DNA of 18,059 nt from a virus. Shown here piece after piece: positions 8,225 through 15,769 of this stretch; the stretch's first letter is position 1; every line of letters starts with the position of its first letter. The translations under genes and the position numbers were made by a program. The notes beneath the pieces were generated by a model. It searched no databases, was not told the origin of the DNA, and worked only from the letters and a program-made list of their open reading frames with translations. The stretch lies in UHGV virus genome UHGV-0072595; one strand, written 5' to 3'.

Positions 8225-9077
8225 TCTTGCAACCGTAACACATTTAAGGCCTTCACAACGGCCTGTGGAGCGTCGTGTGGCAGAAGTTGAAGATGGTTAT
8301 ACCCGTCTTGCAAATGCCCTGTATGAAGAGCTTATCGGCGCAGATTTAACGAAAAATCAGAGCAAGGTTGCCCACGCCATATGCCGTAAAACATACGGCT
8401 ACGGTAAAAAGATGGATCGCATCTCTGATAGTCAGTTAGCTCAAATTACCAGGCTGCCAAGACAGAAGGTAAACAAGGCCAAGAATGAGCTTATCGCGAT
8501 GAAGGTTATCCTTCGCGAAGGCCAGCAAATCGGGCCTAACAAGAACATCGAGGAATGGCAAATCGAAGGGTGTCACTACTCTGGTGATAATGTCACTGCA
8601 TTGGTGACAAAAAGTGTCACCAAAACGGTGACAGCGCTGTCACCAAAACAGGGACACACAAAAGAAACTATTACAAAAGAAAAAAGAAATAATAAAAACA
8701 CTATGTCCGAAAGTGTTCGGACGGAGTGTGAAAAATCACATGACCGTCACGAAGAAACCGACAAGGCATTCGAGGAAATATTCTGGTGTGCAGGCATGCG
8801 GAAAGCCGGGAAGAAAAACGCAGCTTCGGCATTCAGAACACAGTTCAGGGAATGGCGTAAAACTACCAGGGGGACGGCAAGCGAGTTTGCCACGATGCTG
8901 GCAGAAGACATCGCATGCAGGAATGGTAAGCAGTTCGGATTCGACAGGTTGTTACCATCGAGCTACCTGAACGGTCAACGCTGGAACGACGAAAAGCCAG
9001 AAACCATTCAACCACAATCCAAACCATCATCCGCAATCACCGTATCGAAAACTGGCTACGTGTTTTTCGACAGGTGA
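8217..9077 (+). CDS. Replication initiator, lambda O-like N-terminal iteron-binding domain with a divergent C-terminal domain (286 aa)
   Basis: Track ORF; N-terminus shares the O-family pattern DDGYxRL...ADLTKxQxKV...RKTYGxxKxMDRIxDSQL...GPNKNIxEW with lambda O; gene contains its own iteron/AT-rich origin. Confidence 0.85.
   Translation: MSNLATVTHLRPSQRPVERRVAEVEDGYTRLANALYEELIGADLTKNQSKVAHAICRKTYGYGKKMDRISDSQLAQITRLPRQKVNKAKNELIAMKVILREGQQIGPNKNIEEWQIEGCHYSGDNVTALVTKSVTKTVTALSPKQGHTKETITKEKRNNKNTMSESVRTECEKSHDRHEETDKAFEEIFWCAGMRKAGKKNAASAFRTQFREWRKTTRGTASEFATMLAEDIACRNGKQFGFDRLLPSSYLNGQRWNDEKPETIQPQSKPSSAITVSKTGYVFFDR
8582..8700. repeat. Replication origin inside the O-like gene: three to four iterons built on GGTGACA/TGTCACC inverted half-sites (about 8582-8650) followed by an A-rich region
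   Basis: Direct reading: ctGGTGAtaaTGTCACtgca, ttGGTGACAaaaagTGTCACCaaaac, GGTGACAgcgcTGTCACCaaaac, then acaaaagaaactattacaaaagaaaaaagaaataataaaaac. Confidence 0.7.
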
Positions 9078-9080
9078 ACC

Positions 9081-9188
9081 ATGAAATCAAAAATCAAATC
9101 GCTACTGGTCGCTGGTTATAACCACGGCTGGTTAAGTATTTCGTTTGTCGATTTCTGGTTTAAAAATCTCAATCTGAGGGAATCATGA
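9081..9188 (+). CDS. Possible small coupled ORF (35 aa) between the O-like gene and the primase-helicase
   Basis: Hand translation MKSKIKSLLVAGYNHGWLSISFVDFWFKNLNLRES; start 4 nt after the O stop; stop overlaps the primase-helicase ATG (ATGA). Confidence 0.3.
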   Translation: MKSKIKSLLVAGYNHGWLSISFVDFWFKNLNLRES

Positions 9189-11065
9189 CGCCAAGTGAAC
9201 TTAGCGACCTGCTTTGGGCGCAGGTTGACAGGGTGGCTCCGCACCTGTTGCCAAACGGCAAGAAAGAGGGGCATGAGTGGGTTGCCGGTAACATCAACGG
9301 TGACAAGGGAAACAGCCTTAAGGTCAACCTTAGCGGCAAGAAAAAATGGGCTGATTTCGCTGAGGGAGACGGCGGTGACATGCTTGATTTGTGGATGGCA
9401 TGTCGTGGAATTAACCTGCATCAGGCTATGCAGGAAGCGAAAGCATTTCTCGGTATCAAGGATGACGATCACCATTTCGATGCCAGACGTGAGAAAAAAT
9501 TCTCCAGACCTGATCGCAAGAAAATCGCCCGCTACGTTACCAGAACAGAATCCCATCTTGAGTACCTGCAATCGCGTGGCATATCGCCAGAAATCGTAAA
9601 GCGCTACGAGGTTGTCAGCGGCAAGGTGTGGAATGGAGAGCGGGAACTGGATGCTCTGGTGATTCCGTACAAACGCGATGGTGAGTTGTTGCAGGTCAAG
9701 CGAATCAGCACTGAGCGCCCGGACGGGAAGAAAGTCATTATGGCAGAAGGTGATTGCGAACCTTGTCTGTTCGGATGGCAGGCTCTGGACGCTGGCGTGA
9801 GGGCGGTTGTACTTTGCGAAGGCGAAATTGATTGTATGAGCTATGCGCAATACGGCATCTCGGCGTTATCCGTACCGTTTGGTGGAGGGAAAGGCGCTAA
9901 GCAACAGTGGATTGAGTTTGAGTATCACAACCTCGACAGGTTTGAGGAAATATTCATCTCGATGGACGTTGATGATGTTGGTCGTGAAGCCGCAAGGGAA
10001 ATCGCAAGCCGACTCGGTGAACATCGTTGCCGTCTTGTTACTCTGCCGTACAAAGACATCAACGAATGCCTGATGAACGGTGTTACCGAGGATGCAATCT
10101 GGCAGTACATCGGCACGGCATCCTACTTTGATCCTGAAGAACTCTACAGCGCGCGAGAGTTTTACCAGGACACTATCAACGCTTTCTACGGCAAGCAGCA
10201 GTATCTGTTTAATCCACCGTGGGAATCTCTGGCAGATAAATTCCAGTTCCGTGAGGCCGAGTTGACGCTGGTCAATGGTGTGAACGGTCACGGAAAAACG
10301 GAGGTTGTCGGGCATATGGCACTTGAGGCAATGCGTCAGGGTGTGAAGACGTGCATCGCGTCACTTGAGCTGAAGCCTGGTATTCTCCTTAAGCGCCTTA
10401 CCCGTCAGGCAACGTGCTGCAAGATGCCGCCAGTGCTGGAAATTGACTCTGCATTTAAATTTTATGACGAAAGACTTTGGGTGTTTGGCCTGACCGGAAC
10501 GGCGAAAGCCGACAGGCTGATCGAAATATTCGACTACGCTCGCCGCCGATACGGGATCCAGTTATTCATCATCGACAGCCTGATGAAATGTGGCATAGGC
10601 GACGATGACTATAACGGGCAGAAGGCGTTTGTTGACTCGATTTGCGACTTCAAAAACAAAACAAACTCCCACGTCATTCTCGTTACTCACTCGCGAAAAG
10701 GAGACAGCGAAGAAAAACCAACCGGGAAAATGGACGTAAAAGGCTCTGGAGCGATAACAGACCTGACAGACAACCTTTTCATCATCTGGCGTAACAAGGC
10801 TCGCGAGAGAGCGTTACAGAGAGTTCAGAGTGGTGAAAAGATGTCAGAGAAGGACGAACAGGTACTGGCGTCTCCGGCATCTGTTTTGATGCTTGAAAAA
10901 CAACGAAACGGCGAAGGTTGGGAAGGTGGTGTCCCGTTGTTCCTTGACGAGCAATCGCACCAGTTCCTGCAACTTGAATCAGGATCGCCATATAGCTACA
11001 TCGCCAATATGCCGAAATCGGAATATGACGAGGCGTGGCGACAGGAAAACGTGACGGAGTATTAA
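9185..11065 (+). CDS. Bifunctional DNA primase-helicase (N-terminal primase/Toprim-like region, C-terminal DnaB/RecA-like helicase), replaces lambda P (626 aa)
   Basis: Track ORF; acidic Toprim-like motifs (CEGEIDCMS, MDVDDVGRE), Walker A NGVNGHGKTE and Walker B-like LFIIDSLMK in the C-terminal half. Confidence 0.8.
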   Translation: MTPSELSDLLWAQVDRVAPHLLPNGKKEGHEWVAGNINGDKGNSLKVNLSGKKKWADFAEGDGGDMLDLWMACRGINLHQAMQEAKAFLGIKDDDHHFDARREKKFSRPDRKKIARYVTRTESHLEYLQSRGISPEIVKRYEVVSGKVWNGERELDALVIPYKRDGELLQVKRISTERPDGKKVIMAEGDCEPCLFGWQALDAGVRAVVLCEGEIDCMSYAQYGISALSVPFGGGKGAKQQWIEFEYHNLDRFEEIFISMDVDDVGREAAREIASRLGEHRCRLVTLPYKDINECLMNGVTEDAIWQYIGTASYFDPEELYSAREFYQDTINAFYGKQQYLFNPPWESLADKFQFREAELTLVNGVNGHGKTEVVGHMALEAMRQGVKTCIASLELKPGILLKRLTRQATCCKMPPVLEIDSAFKFYDERLWVFGLTGTAKADRLIEIFDYARRRYGIQLFIIDSLMKCGIGDDDYNGQKAFVDSICDFKNKTNSHVILVTHSRKGDSEEKPTGKMDVKGSGAITDLTDNLFIIWRNKARERALQRVQSGEKMSEKDEQVLASPASVLMLEKQRNGEGWEGGVPLFLDEQSHQFLQLESGSPYSYIANMPKSEYDEAWRQENVTEY

Positions 11066-11094
11066 ATGACCATCTACATCACTGAGCTTGTAAC

Positions 11095-11126
11095 AGGCCT
11101 GCTGGTAATCGCAGGCCTTTTTATTT
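11095..11126 (+). terminator. Intrinsic terminator after the replication genes (8-bp perfect stem CAGGCCTGC/GCAGGCCT plus U-tract), tR2-like position
   Basis: Direct reading caggcctgctggtaatcgcaggcctttttattt 30 nt after the primase-helicase stop. Confidence 0.65.
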
Positions 11127-11141
11127 GGGGGAGAGTAAATC

Positions 11142-11348
11142 GTGGTTGAGTTTATGCTCGTCGCACTCAAATGCGTTGGCGTTGGATGGATTCTTCTGAC
11201 GTTTTTTATTGTTCTGCATAGCTACATTCGCCTTGTGAATGACGGTAAAGATCCATGGTATACGTTGTTTGGCGCTGCATTTGTCTGGGTGATTATCGGT
11301 GTTATGCCTGTCGCTGTAGCAAAAATGGCGTGGCGTTTTGTGAGTTGA
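11142..11348 (+). CDS. Small two-helix membrane protein (68 aa from GTG; 64 aa if ATG 11154)
   Basis: Track ORF; GGGGGAGAG SD upstream of the GTG; two hydrophobic segments (GVGWILLTFFIVL and LFGAAFVWVIIGVMPVAV) separated by a short polar loop. Confidence 0.55.
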   Translation: MVEFMLVALKCVGVGWILLTFFIVLHSYIRLVNDGKDPWYTLFGAAFVWVIIGVMPVAVAKMAWRFVS

Positions 11349-11365
11349 ACTGAGGGTAAGTATCG

Positions 11366-11686
11366 ATGGACGAATCAAGAAAGCAGTTTGAAGAAAGTTG
11401 GTTGCGACGTGGAGGCGAATCTTCAGACCTTATCCGTTACCCTGAAAATCACCATGAAATTGGCAGTGGTGATATTGGTGGTCAATACGTGATGGACGAT
11501 GTTCAAGGCCACTGGCAAACGTGGCAGGCATCGCGAGCAGCTATTGAAATAACCGCGCCAAAGTTTATCGACAGCAGAGAAGCATTAGCCAAAGGGTTTA
11601 CTGTTGATTATTCCAATGGCTTCGGTGATGCAATGGATGCTTATGAGGAAAACATCCGCGCTGCTGGAGTCAAAGTGAAGGAGTGA
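11366..11686 (+). CDS. Hypothetical protein (106 aa)
   Basis: Track ORF; same-strand operon context; no family recognised. Confidence 0.55.
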   Translation: MDESRKQFEESWLRRGGESSDLIRYPENHHEIGSGDIGGQYVMDDVQGHWQTWQASRAAIEITAPKFIDSREALAKGFTVDYSNGFGDAMDAYEENIRAAGVKVKE

Positions 11687-11688
11687 GT

Positions 11689-11853
11689 ATGAGCGCATAC
11701 GAAGAAATCATGTTAGCCCTGCGATTCTTTTTCGGTGTGGAAGAAGATGAAAACGTAAATGAGATTATCGGGCAAGACCATGACCCGATAGGGACTATTG
11801 CAGCTGCACTTGACGATTACAGGAGTGTAAATGGTGAGGAAACTAACGTTTGA
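11689..11853 (+). CDS. Small acidic hypothetical protein (54 aa), 3' end overlaps the ninB start by 23 nt
   Basis: Hand translation MSAYEEIMLALRFFFGVEEDENVNEIIGQDHDPIGTIAAALDDYRSVNGEETNV; AAGGAG SD at 5 nt. Confidence 0.4.
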   Translation: MSAYEEIMLALRFFFGVEEDENVNEIIGQDHDPIGTIAAALDDYRSVNGEETNV

Positions 11854-12274
11854 ACTAAGAAGCCCCATCCATCAGCAGAACGCCATTCAAGCTATCCAGC
11901 AAATTCTTCCAGACCCAACCAAACCAATCGTAGTAACCATTCAGGAACGCAACCGCAGCTTAGACCAAAACAGGAAGCTATGGGCCTGCTTAGGTGACGT
12001 CTCTCGTCAGGTTGAATGGCATGGTCGCTGGCTGGATGCAGAAAGCTGGAAGTGTGTGTTTACCGCAGCATTAAAGCAGCAGGATGTTGTTCCTAACCTT
12101 GCCGGGAATGGCTTTGTGGTAATAGGCCAGTCAACCAGCAGGATGCGTGTAAGCGAATTTGCGGAGCTATTAGAGCTTATACAGGCATTCGGTACAGAGC
12201 GTGGCGTTAAGTGGTCAGACGAAGCGAGACTGGCTCTGGAGTGGAAAGCGAGATGGGGAGATCGGGCTGCATGA
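11831..12274 (+). CDS. ninB: NinB (Orf family recombination mediator, 147 aa)
   Basis: Track ORF MVRKLTFELRSPIHQQNAIQAIQQILPDPTKPIVVTIQERNRSLDQNRKLWACLGDVSRQVEWHGRWLDAESWK...; matches lambda NinB as I recall it. Confidence 0.9.
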   Translation: MVRKLTFELRSPIHQQNAIQAIQQILPDPTKPIVVTIQERNRSLDQNRKLWACLGDVSRQVEWHGRWLDAESWKCVFTAALKQQDVVPNLAGNGFVVIGQSTSRMRVSEFAELLELIQAFGTERGVKWSDEARLALEWKARWGDRAA

Positions 12275-12798
12275 CTATCAAATCAAATACGCCAGCACAC
12301 GACAAGGACTGCTGGCAAACGCCGCTTTGGCTTTTTGATGCACTGGATATTGAGTTTGGATTCTGGCTGGATTCGGCAGCGAGCGACAAAAATGCTCTGT
12401 GTGCTCACTGGCTAACTGAGGCCGACGACGCGCTCAATTCTGAGTGGGTAAGCCACGGTGCAATCTGGAATAACCCACCGTACAGCAATATCAGGCCGTG
12501 GGTGGAAAAAGCCGCTGAGCAGTGCATACAACAGCGACAGACGGTAGTTATGCTTGTGCCAGAGGATATGTCAGTCGGATGGTTCAGCAAGGCTCTGGAG
12601 AGTGTCGACGAAGTTCGCATCATCACTGATGGACGGATTAATTTTATCGAACCATCGACAGGGCTGGAGAAGAAGGGAAACAGCAAAGGCTCCATGCTGC
12701 TGATTTGGCGACCGTTCATCAGTCCTCGACGGATGTTTACTACCGTATCCAAAGCGGCATTGATGGCGATCGGGCAGGGCGTCAGGAGGGCGGCATGA
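12271..12798 (+). CDS. Phage DNA N6-adenine methyltransferase (Dam family; motif WNNPPYSN), about 175 aa
   Basis: Track ORF 12211..12798 trimmed to ATG 12271 (ATGA overlap with ninB stop); NPPY catalytic motif of N6-adenine/N4-cytosine MTases; small size and no adjacent restriction enzyme. Confidence 0.8.
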   Translation: MTIKSNTPAHDKDCWQTPLWLFDALDIEFGFWLDSAASDKNALCAHWLTEADDALNSEWVSHGAIWNNPPYSNIRPWVEKAAEQCIQQRQTVVMLVPEDMSVGWFSKALESVDEVRIITDGRINFIEPSTGLEKKGNSKGSMLLIWRPFISPRRMFTTVSKAALMAIGQGVRRAA

Positions 12799-12971
12799 GG
12801 CGACAGCGACGAAGTTTCACCGACATCATCTGCGAAAACTGCAAATACCTTCCAACGAAACGCTCCAGAAATAAACGCAAGCCAATCCCAAAAGAATCTG
12901 ACGTAAAAACCTTCAATTACACAGCTCACCTGTGGGATATCCGGTGGCTAAGATATCGTGCGAGGAAATGA
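12795..12971 (+). CDS. ninE: NinE (58 aa)
   Basis: Hand-trimmed from track ORF 12705..12971; [58 protein letters not shown] matches lambda NinE as I recall it; ATGA overlap with the MTase stop. Confidence 0.8.
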   Translation: MRRQRRSFTDIICENCKYLPTKRSRNKRKPIPKESDVKTFNYTAHLWDIRWLRYRARK

Positions 12972-13393
12972 CAATGGATTATTCACAGTTAAGTGATTTT
13001 GAAATTAACAGACGAGTATGTGAGGCTTTAGATATGGAGGAGCATTTCTTCATACCTGATGACGAAGCAGACTTCGATTCTGAGATCCCCACTGACGAAA
13101 GAGGTCCTATTTGGCAGACGCAAAAAAGGGATATTAATGGCTTCCGTTCTTCAAACGGGAATTGCTTCAATCCTTGCAATAATCCTGAATACGCGTGGCC
13201 AATTATCACTGAAAGCAAAATCAGCACTATGTGGATGACAGCGGAAAAAGAATGGTGCGCATGGTCAGGAGGTGATTTAGAGGAAGGTTGTTGGGAATGG
13301 GAAAATATTCCTGGCTACTACTTCTGTGGCGAATCGCCTCTCCGCGCCGCCATGATTGTCTTTCTCATGATGCAGGACGCTAATAATGCTTAG
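12968..13393 (+). CDS. NinX-position protein, Cys/Trp-rich, unknown function (about 141 aa)
   Basis: Track ORF 12932..13393 trimmed to ATG 12968 (ATGA overlap with ninE stop); sits between ninE and ninF where P22-type nin regions carry ninX. Confidence 0.5.
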   Translation: MTMDYSQLSDFEINRRVCEALDMEEHFFIPDDEADFDSEIPTDERGPIWQTQKRDINGFRSSNGNCFNPCNNPEYAWPIITESKISTMWMTAEKEWCAWSGGDLEEGCWEWENIPGYYFCGESPLRAAMIVFLMMQDANNA

Positions 13394-13562
13394 TCCATCC
13401 CAATCTCTTCAATACCAGAAAGAAAGCGTCGAGCGAGCTTTAACGTGCGCTAACTGCGGTCAGAAGCTGCATGTGCTGGAAGTTCACGTGTGTGAGCACT
13501 GCTGCGCAGAACTGATGAGCGATCCGAATAGCTCAATGTACGAGGAAGAAGACGATGAATGA
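13386..13562 (+). CDS. ninF: NinF (58 aa, Cys-rich)
   Basis: Hand translation [58 protein letters not shown]; matches lambda NinF as I recall it. Confidence 0.8.
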   Translation: MLSPSQSLQYQKESVERALTCANCGQKLHVLEVHVCEHCCAELMSDPNSSMYEEEDDE

Positions 13563-14277
13563 GTTAATAAATGGCAATGCCATCAAAATGACAAGCATTG
13601 AAATCGCTGAGTTGGTGGGTAAGCGTCATGACAATGTGAAACGTACCATCGAAACGCTGGCTAAAAATGGTGTTATCCGGCTTCCTCAAATTGAGGTTTC
13701 CGAAAGAATCAATAACTTAGGGTTCAATGTTCAGTACGAGCATTACGTCTTCGAGGGCGAACAAGGTAAGCGAGACAGTATTGTCGTTGTTGCCCAGTTG
13801 TCGCCAGAGTTCACCGCTCGTCTTGTTGACCGTTGGCGAGAGCTTGAAGAAACTGCGGTTAATATCCCCAAAACGCTACCAGAAGCATTGCGCCTTGCTG
13901 CTGATCTTGCTGAGCAGAAAATGCAACTGGAAAACCAGCTCGCAATTGCCGCACCTAAAGTTGAGTTTGCCGATCGCGTTGGCGAGGCCAGTGGAATTTT
14001 GATTGGAAACTTTGCAAAGGTTGTTGGTATTGGTCCGAACAAACTGTTTGCGTGGATGCGCGATCACAAAATCCTTATTGCTTCAGGTTCCCGGCGCAAT
14101 GTGCCAATGCAGGAATATATGGATCGCGGCTATTTCGCAGTGAAAGAAACAGCGGTCAACACAAATCACGGAATACAGATATCGTTCACCACAAAAATCA
14201 CCGGGCGTGGTCAACAGTGGCTGACCAGAAAGCTGCTCGATAACGGAATGCTGAAAGTAACAGGGGAGGCTGCTTAA
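13555..14277 (+). CDS. Roi/Rha-like phage regulatory protein with antirepressor (KilA-C-like) C-terminal region (240 aa)
   Basis: Track ORF; N-terminal MTSIEIAELVGKRHDNVKR motif typical of lambdoid Roi/Rha proteins; assignment from memory of family patterns. Confidence 0.6.
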   Translation: MNELINGNAIKMTSIEIAELVGKRHDNVKRTIETLAKNGVIRLPQIEVSERINNLGFNVQYEHYVFEGEQGKRDSIVVVAQLSPEFTARLVDRWRELEETAVNIPKTLPEALRLAADLAEQKMQLENQLAIAAPKVEFADRVGEASGILIGNFAKVVGIGPNKLFAWMRDHKILIASGSRRNVPMQEYMDRGYFAVKETAVNTNHGIQISFTTKITGRGQQWLTRKLLDNGMLKVTGEAA

Positions 14278-14567
14278 TGGCTAACCTACGCAAAGAAGCG
14301 CGCGGCAGAGAATGCCAGGTACGTATTTACGGCGTATGCAATGGTAATCCTGAAACTACAGTTCTGGCACATTACCGGATGGCTGGAATTTGCGGAACTG
14401 GAATGAAGCCTGACGACCTGATCGGCGCATGGGCTTGTAGCGCGTGTCACGATGAAATCGACCGACGCACAATGATTCTCGACAACAAAGACGCCAGACT
14501 TTACCACCTCGAAGGCGTGATCAGGACGCAGGCGATACTGCTGAAGGAGGGGAAGATTAAGCCATGA
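14277..14567 (+). CDS. YbcO-like (DUF1364) Cys/His-rich putative zinc-binding nuclease (96 aa)
   Basis: Track ORF; conserved CxVR...C...HxR...C...CSACH arrangement; immediately upstream of rusA as in the E. coli DLP12 prophage. Confidence 0.6.
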   Translation: MANLRKEARGRECQVRIYGVCNGNPETTVLAHYRMAGICGTGMKPDDLIGAWACSACHDEIDRRTMILDNKDARLYHLEGVIRTQAILLKEGKIKP

Positions 14568-14926
14568 ACGAATATCAGTTTGTGCTTCCATACCCGCCGT
14601 CGGTGAACACCTACTGGCGAAGACGGGGAAGCCAATACTACATCAGCGATAAAGGCCAGAAATACCGAAAAGACGTTCAGCAAATCATCCGCCAACTCAA
14701 GTTAGACATTTTCACCAAATCACGACTCCGCATCAAAGTCATCGCAGACGTTCCAGACTCCCGCCGCCGCGACCTCGATAACATCCTGAAAGGTTTACTC
14801 GATTCCCTTATCCACGCCGGATTTGCGGAAGACGACGAGCAATTCGATGACATTCGCGTAATTCGTGGTGTGAAAGTACCAGGCGGACGGCTTGGAATAA
14901 AAATCACCGAACTGGAGAACGCATGA
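14564..14926 (+). CDS. rusA: RusA Holliday-junction resolvase (120 aa)
   Basis: Track ORF; LPYPPSVNTYW... N-terminus and DxRRRDLDN catalytic motif characteristic of RusA. Confidence 0.9.
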   Translation: MNEYQFVLPYPPSVNTYWRRRGSQYYISDKGQKYRKDVQQIIRQLKLDIFTKSRLRIKVIADVPDSRRRDLDNILKGLLDSLIHAGFAEDDEQFDDIRVIRGVKVPGGRLGIKITELENA

Positions 14927-15111
14927 ACGCCACAATTCAAACGATACCAGAGCTTCTTATCCAGACACGAGGCAATCAGACCGAAGTGGCTAGGATGCTT
15001 TCCTGCGCAAGAGGAACAGTGCTCAAGTACAACCGAGACAGCAAAGGCGATCGTCACGTAATAGTTAACGGCGTCCTGATGGTCAAACAGGGAAAGAGGG
15101 GAAGACGATGA
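14923..15111 (+). CDS. ninH: NinH-like protein (62 aa)
   Basis: Track ORF; ...GNQTEVARMLSCARGTVLKY... matches the NinH HTH-like core; ATGA overlaps on both sides. Confidence 0.75.
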   Translation: MNATIQTIPELLIQTRGNQTEVARMLSCARGTVLKYNRDSKGDRHVIVNGVLMVKQGKRGRR

Positions 15112-15626
15112 GCATAAGAGAACTAAACCTCACCAAAGAACAGCATGAGTGGCTGAATGGCTGGCTTGAACTGTGGGGCGCATGGGTTTATTCAGGTCGT
15201 CTGGAAAAGCGCATGAGCAGCGTAATAGCGAAGTTCATGGAGAGCGTAGAGCCGGGAAGAGTTATGACAAGGCCAATGTGTAATGATGATGATGGAATGT
15301 TGATTTCTCAGGTCGTCGATTCCGTCATGTACATTGACAAGAAAGCCTTTGGCATCCTCCTCAGCTACTACGCTCATGGTTCATCTAAGCGAGCAATTGC
15401 ATCCTACTATCACGCGACTGCAAAGCCACGCAAGATGTGTGGACGTGGTGGCGAGGGATGGAGAAAACCTTCACTGGCAACCTGTAGAAACGAAATTGAC
15501 GACATCCTGAAAGCGTCATTATTTGTTTTGTACCAACCAATGCAAAATGCTTTCAAAATGCGTAAACGTGTTGAGAAAGTTAAGCATGTTGCTGTTAAAA
15601 ACCTTGACATGCAATTAGCCATTTAG
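15108..15626 (+). CDS. Q: Late antiterminator Q (non-lambda type, 172 aa)
   Basis: Track ORF; last gene of the nin operon, immediately upstream of a pR'-like promoter, terminator hairpin and the lysis cassette; pattern WGAW...P.C.DDD resembles phage 21/82-type Q proteins (from memory). Confidence 0.7.
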   Translation: MSIRELNLTKEQHEWLNGWLELWGAWVYSGRLEKRMSSVIAKFMESVEPGRVMTRPMCNDDDGMLISQVVDSVMYIDKKAFGILLSYYAHGSSKRAIASYYHATAKPRKMCGRGGEGWRKPSLATCRNEIDDILKASLFVLYQPMQNAFKMRKRVEKVKHVAVKNLDMQLAI

Positions 15627-15633
15627 CCATAAT
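15604..15633 (+). promoter_or_regulatory. Candidate late promoter pR' (-35 TTGACA 15604-15609, 18-bp spacer, -10 CATAAT 15628-15633), overlapping the Q stop
   Basis: Hexamers read directly; position relative to Q and downstream terminator fits the lambdoid late-control architecture. Confidence 0.5.
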
Positions 15634-15644
15634 TAGAGGGTAAG

Positions 15645-15689
15645 CTGCCGTTAGTGACTCTTAAGTTGCAACGGTGGCTTTTTTTATTT
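15645..15689 (+). terminator. Terminator-like imperfect hairpin followed by a U-rich tract (TTTTTTTATTT), candidate tR'
   Basis: ctgccgtt...aacggtggc stem with G-U pairs and an extended inner stem, then U-tract, directly downstream of the putative pR'. Confidence 0.45.
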
Positions 15690-15764
15690 GGGTCAGTCGT
15701 ATAAAGGTCATTACGGAAGGCTGTTAACCTTCTTATCGTGGTTCGAGTCCACGCTGTCCCGCCA
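15690..15764 (+). tRNA. tRNA-Asn(GUU)-like gene with encoded CCA; atypical (one U-U mismatch in the acceptor stem, weak D-stem)
   Basis: Manual fold: acceptor GGGTCAG/CTGTCCC, anticodon stem GAAGG/CCTTC with loop CTGTTAA, T-arm CGTGG-TTCGAGT-CCACG, discriminator G, CCA. Confidence 0.5.
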
Positions 15765-15769
15765 AATAT

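Noticed and set aside
9116-9850. 244-aa minus-strand ORF and other ORFs nested in the primase-helicase region (9169..9381, 9195..9599, 9866..10315)
   Set aside because: Fully embedded in or antisense to a gene with clear enzymatic motifs; no independent SD or start context
12405-12929. 174-aa minus-strand ORF
   Set aside because: Antisense to the coupled methyltransferase and ninE genes
14286-15057. Minus-strand ORFs 14286..14591, 14501..14695, 14677..15057
   Set aside because: Antisense to the recognisable YbcO-like, RusA and NinH genes
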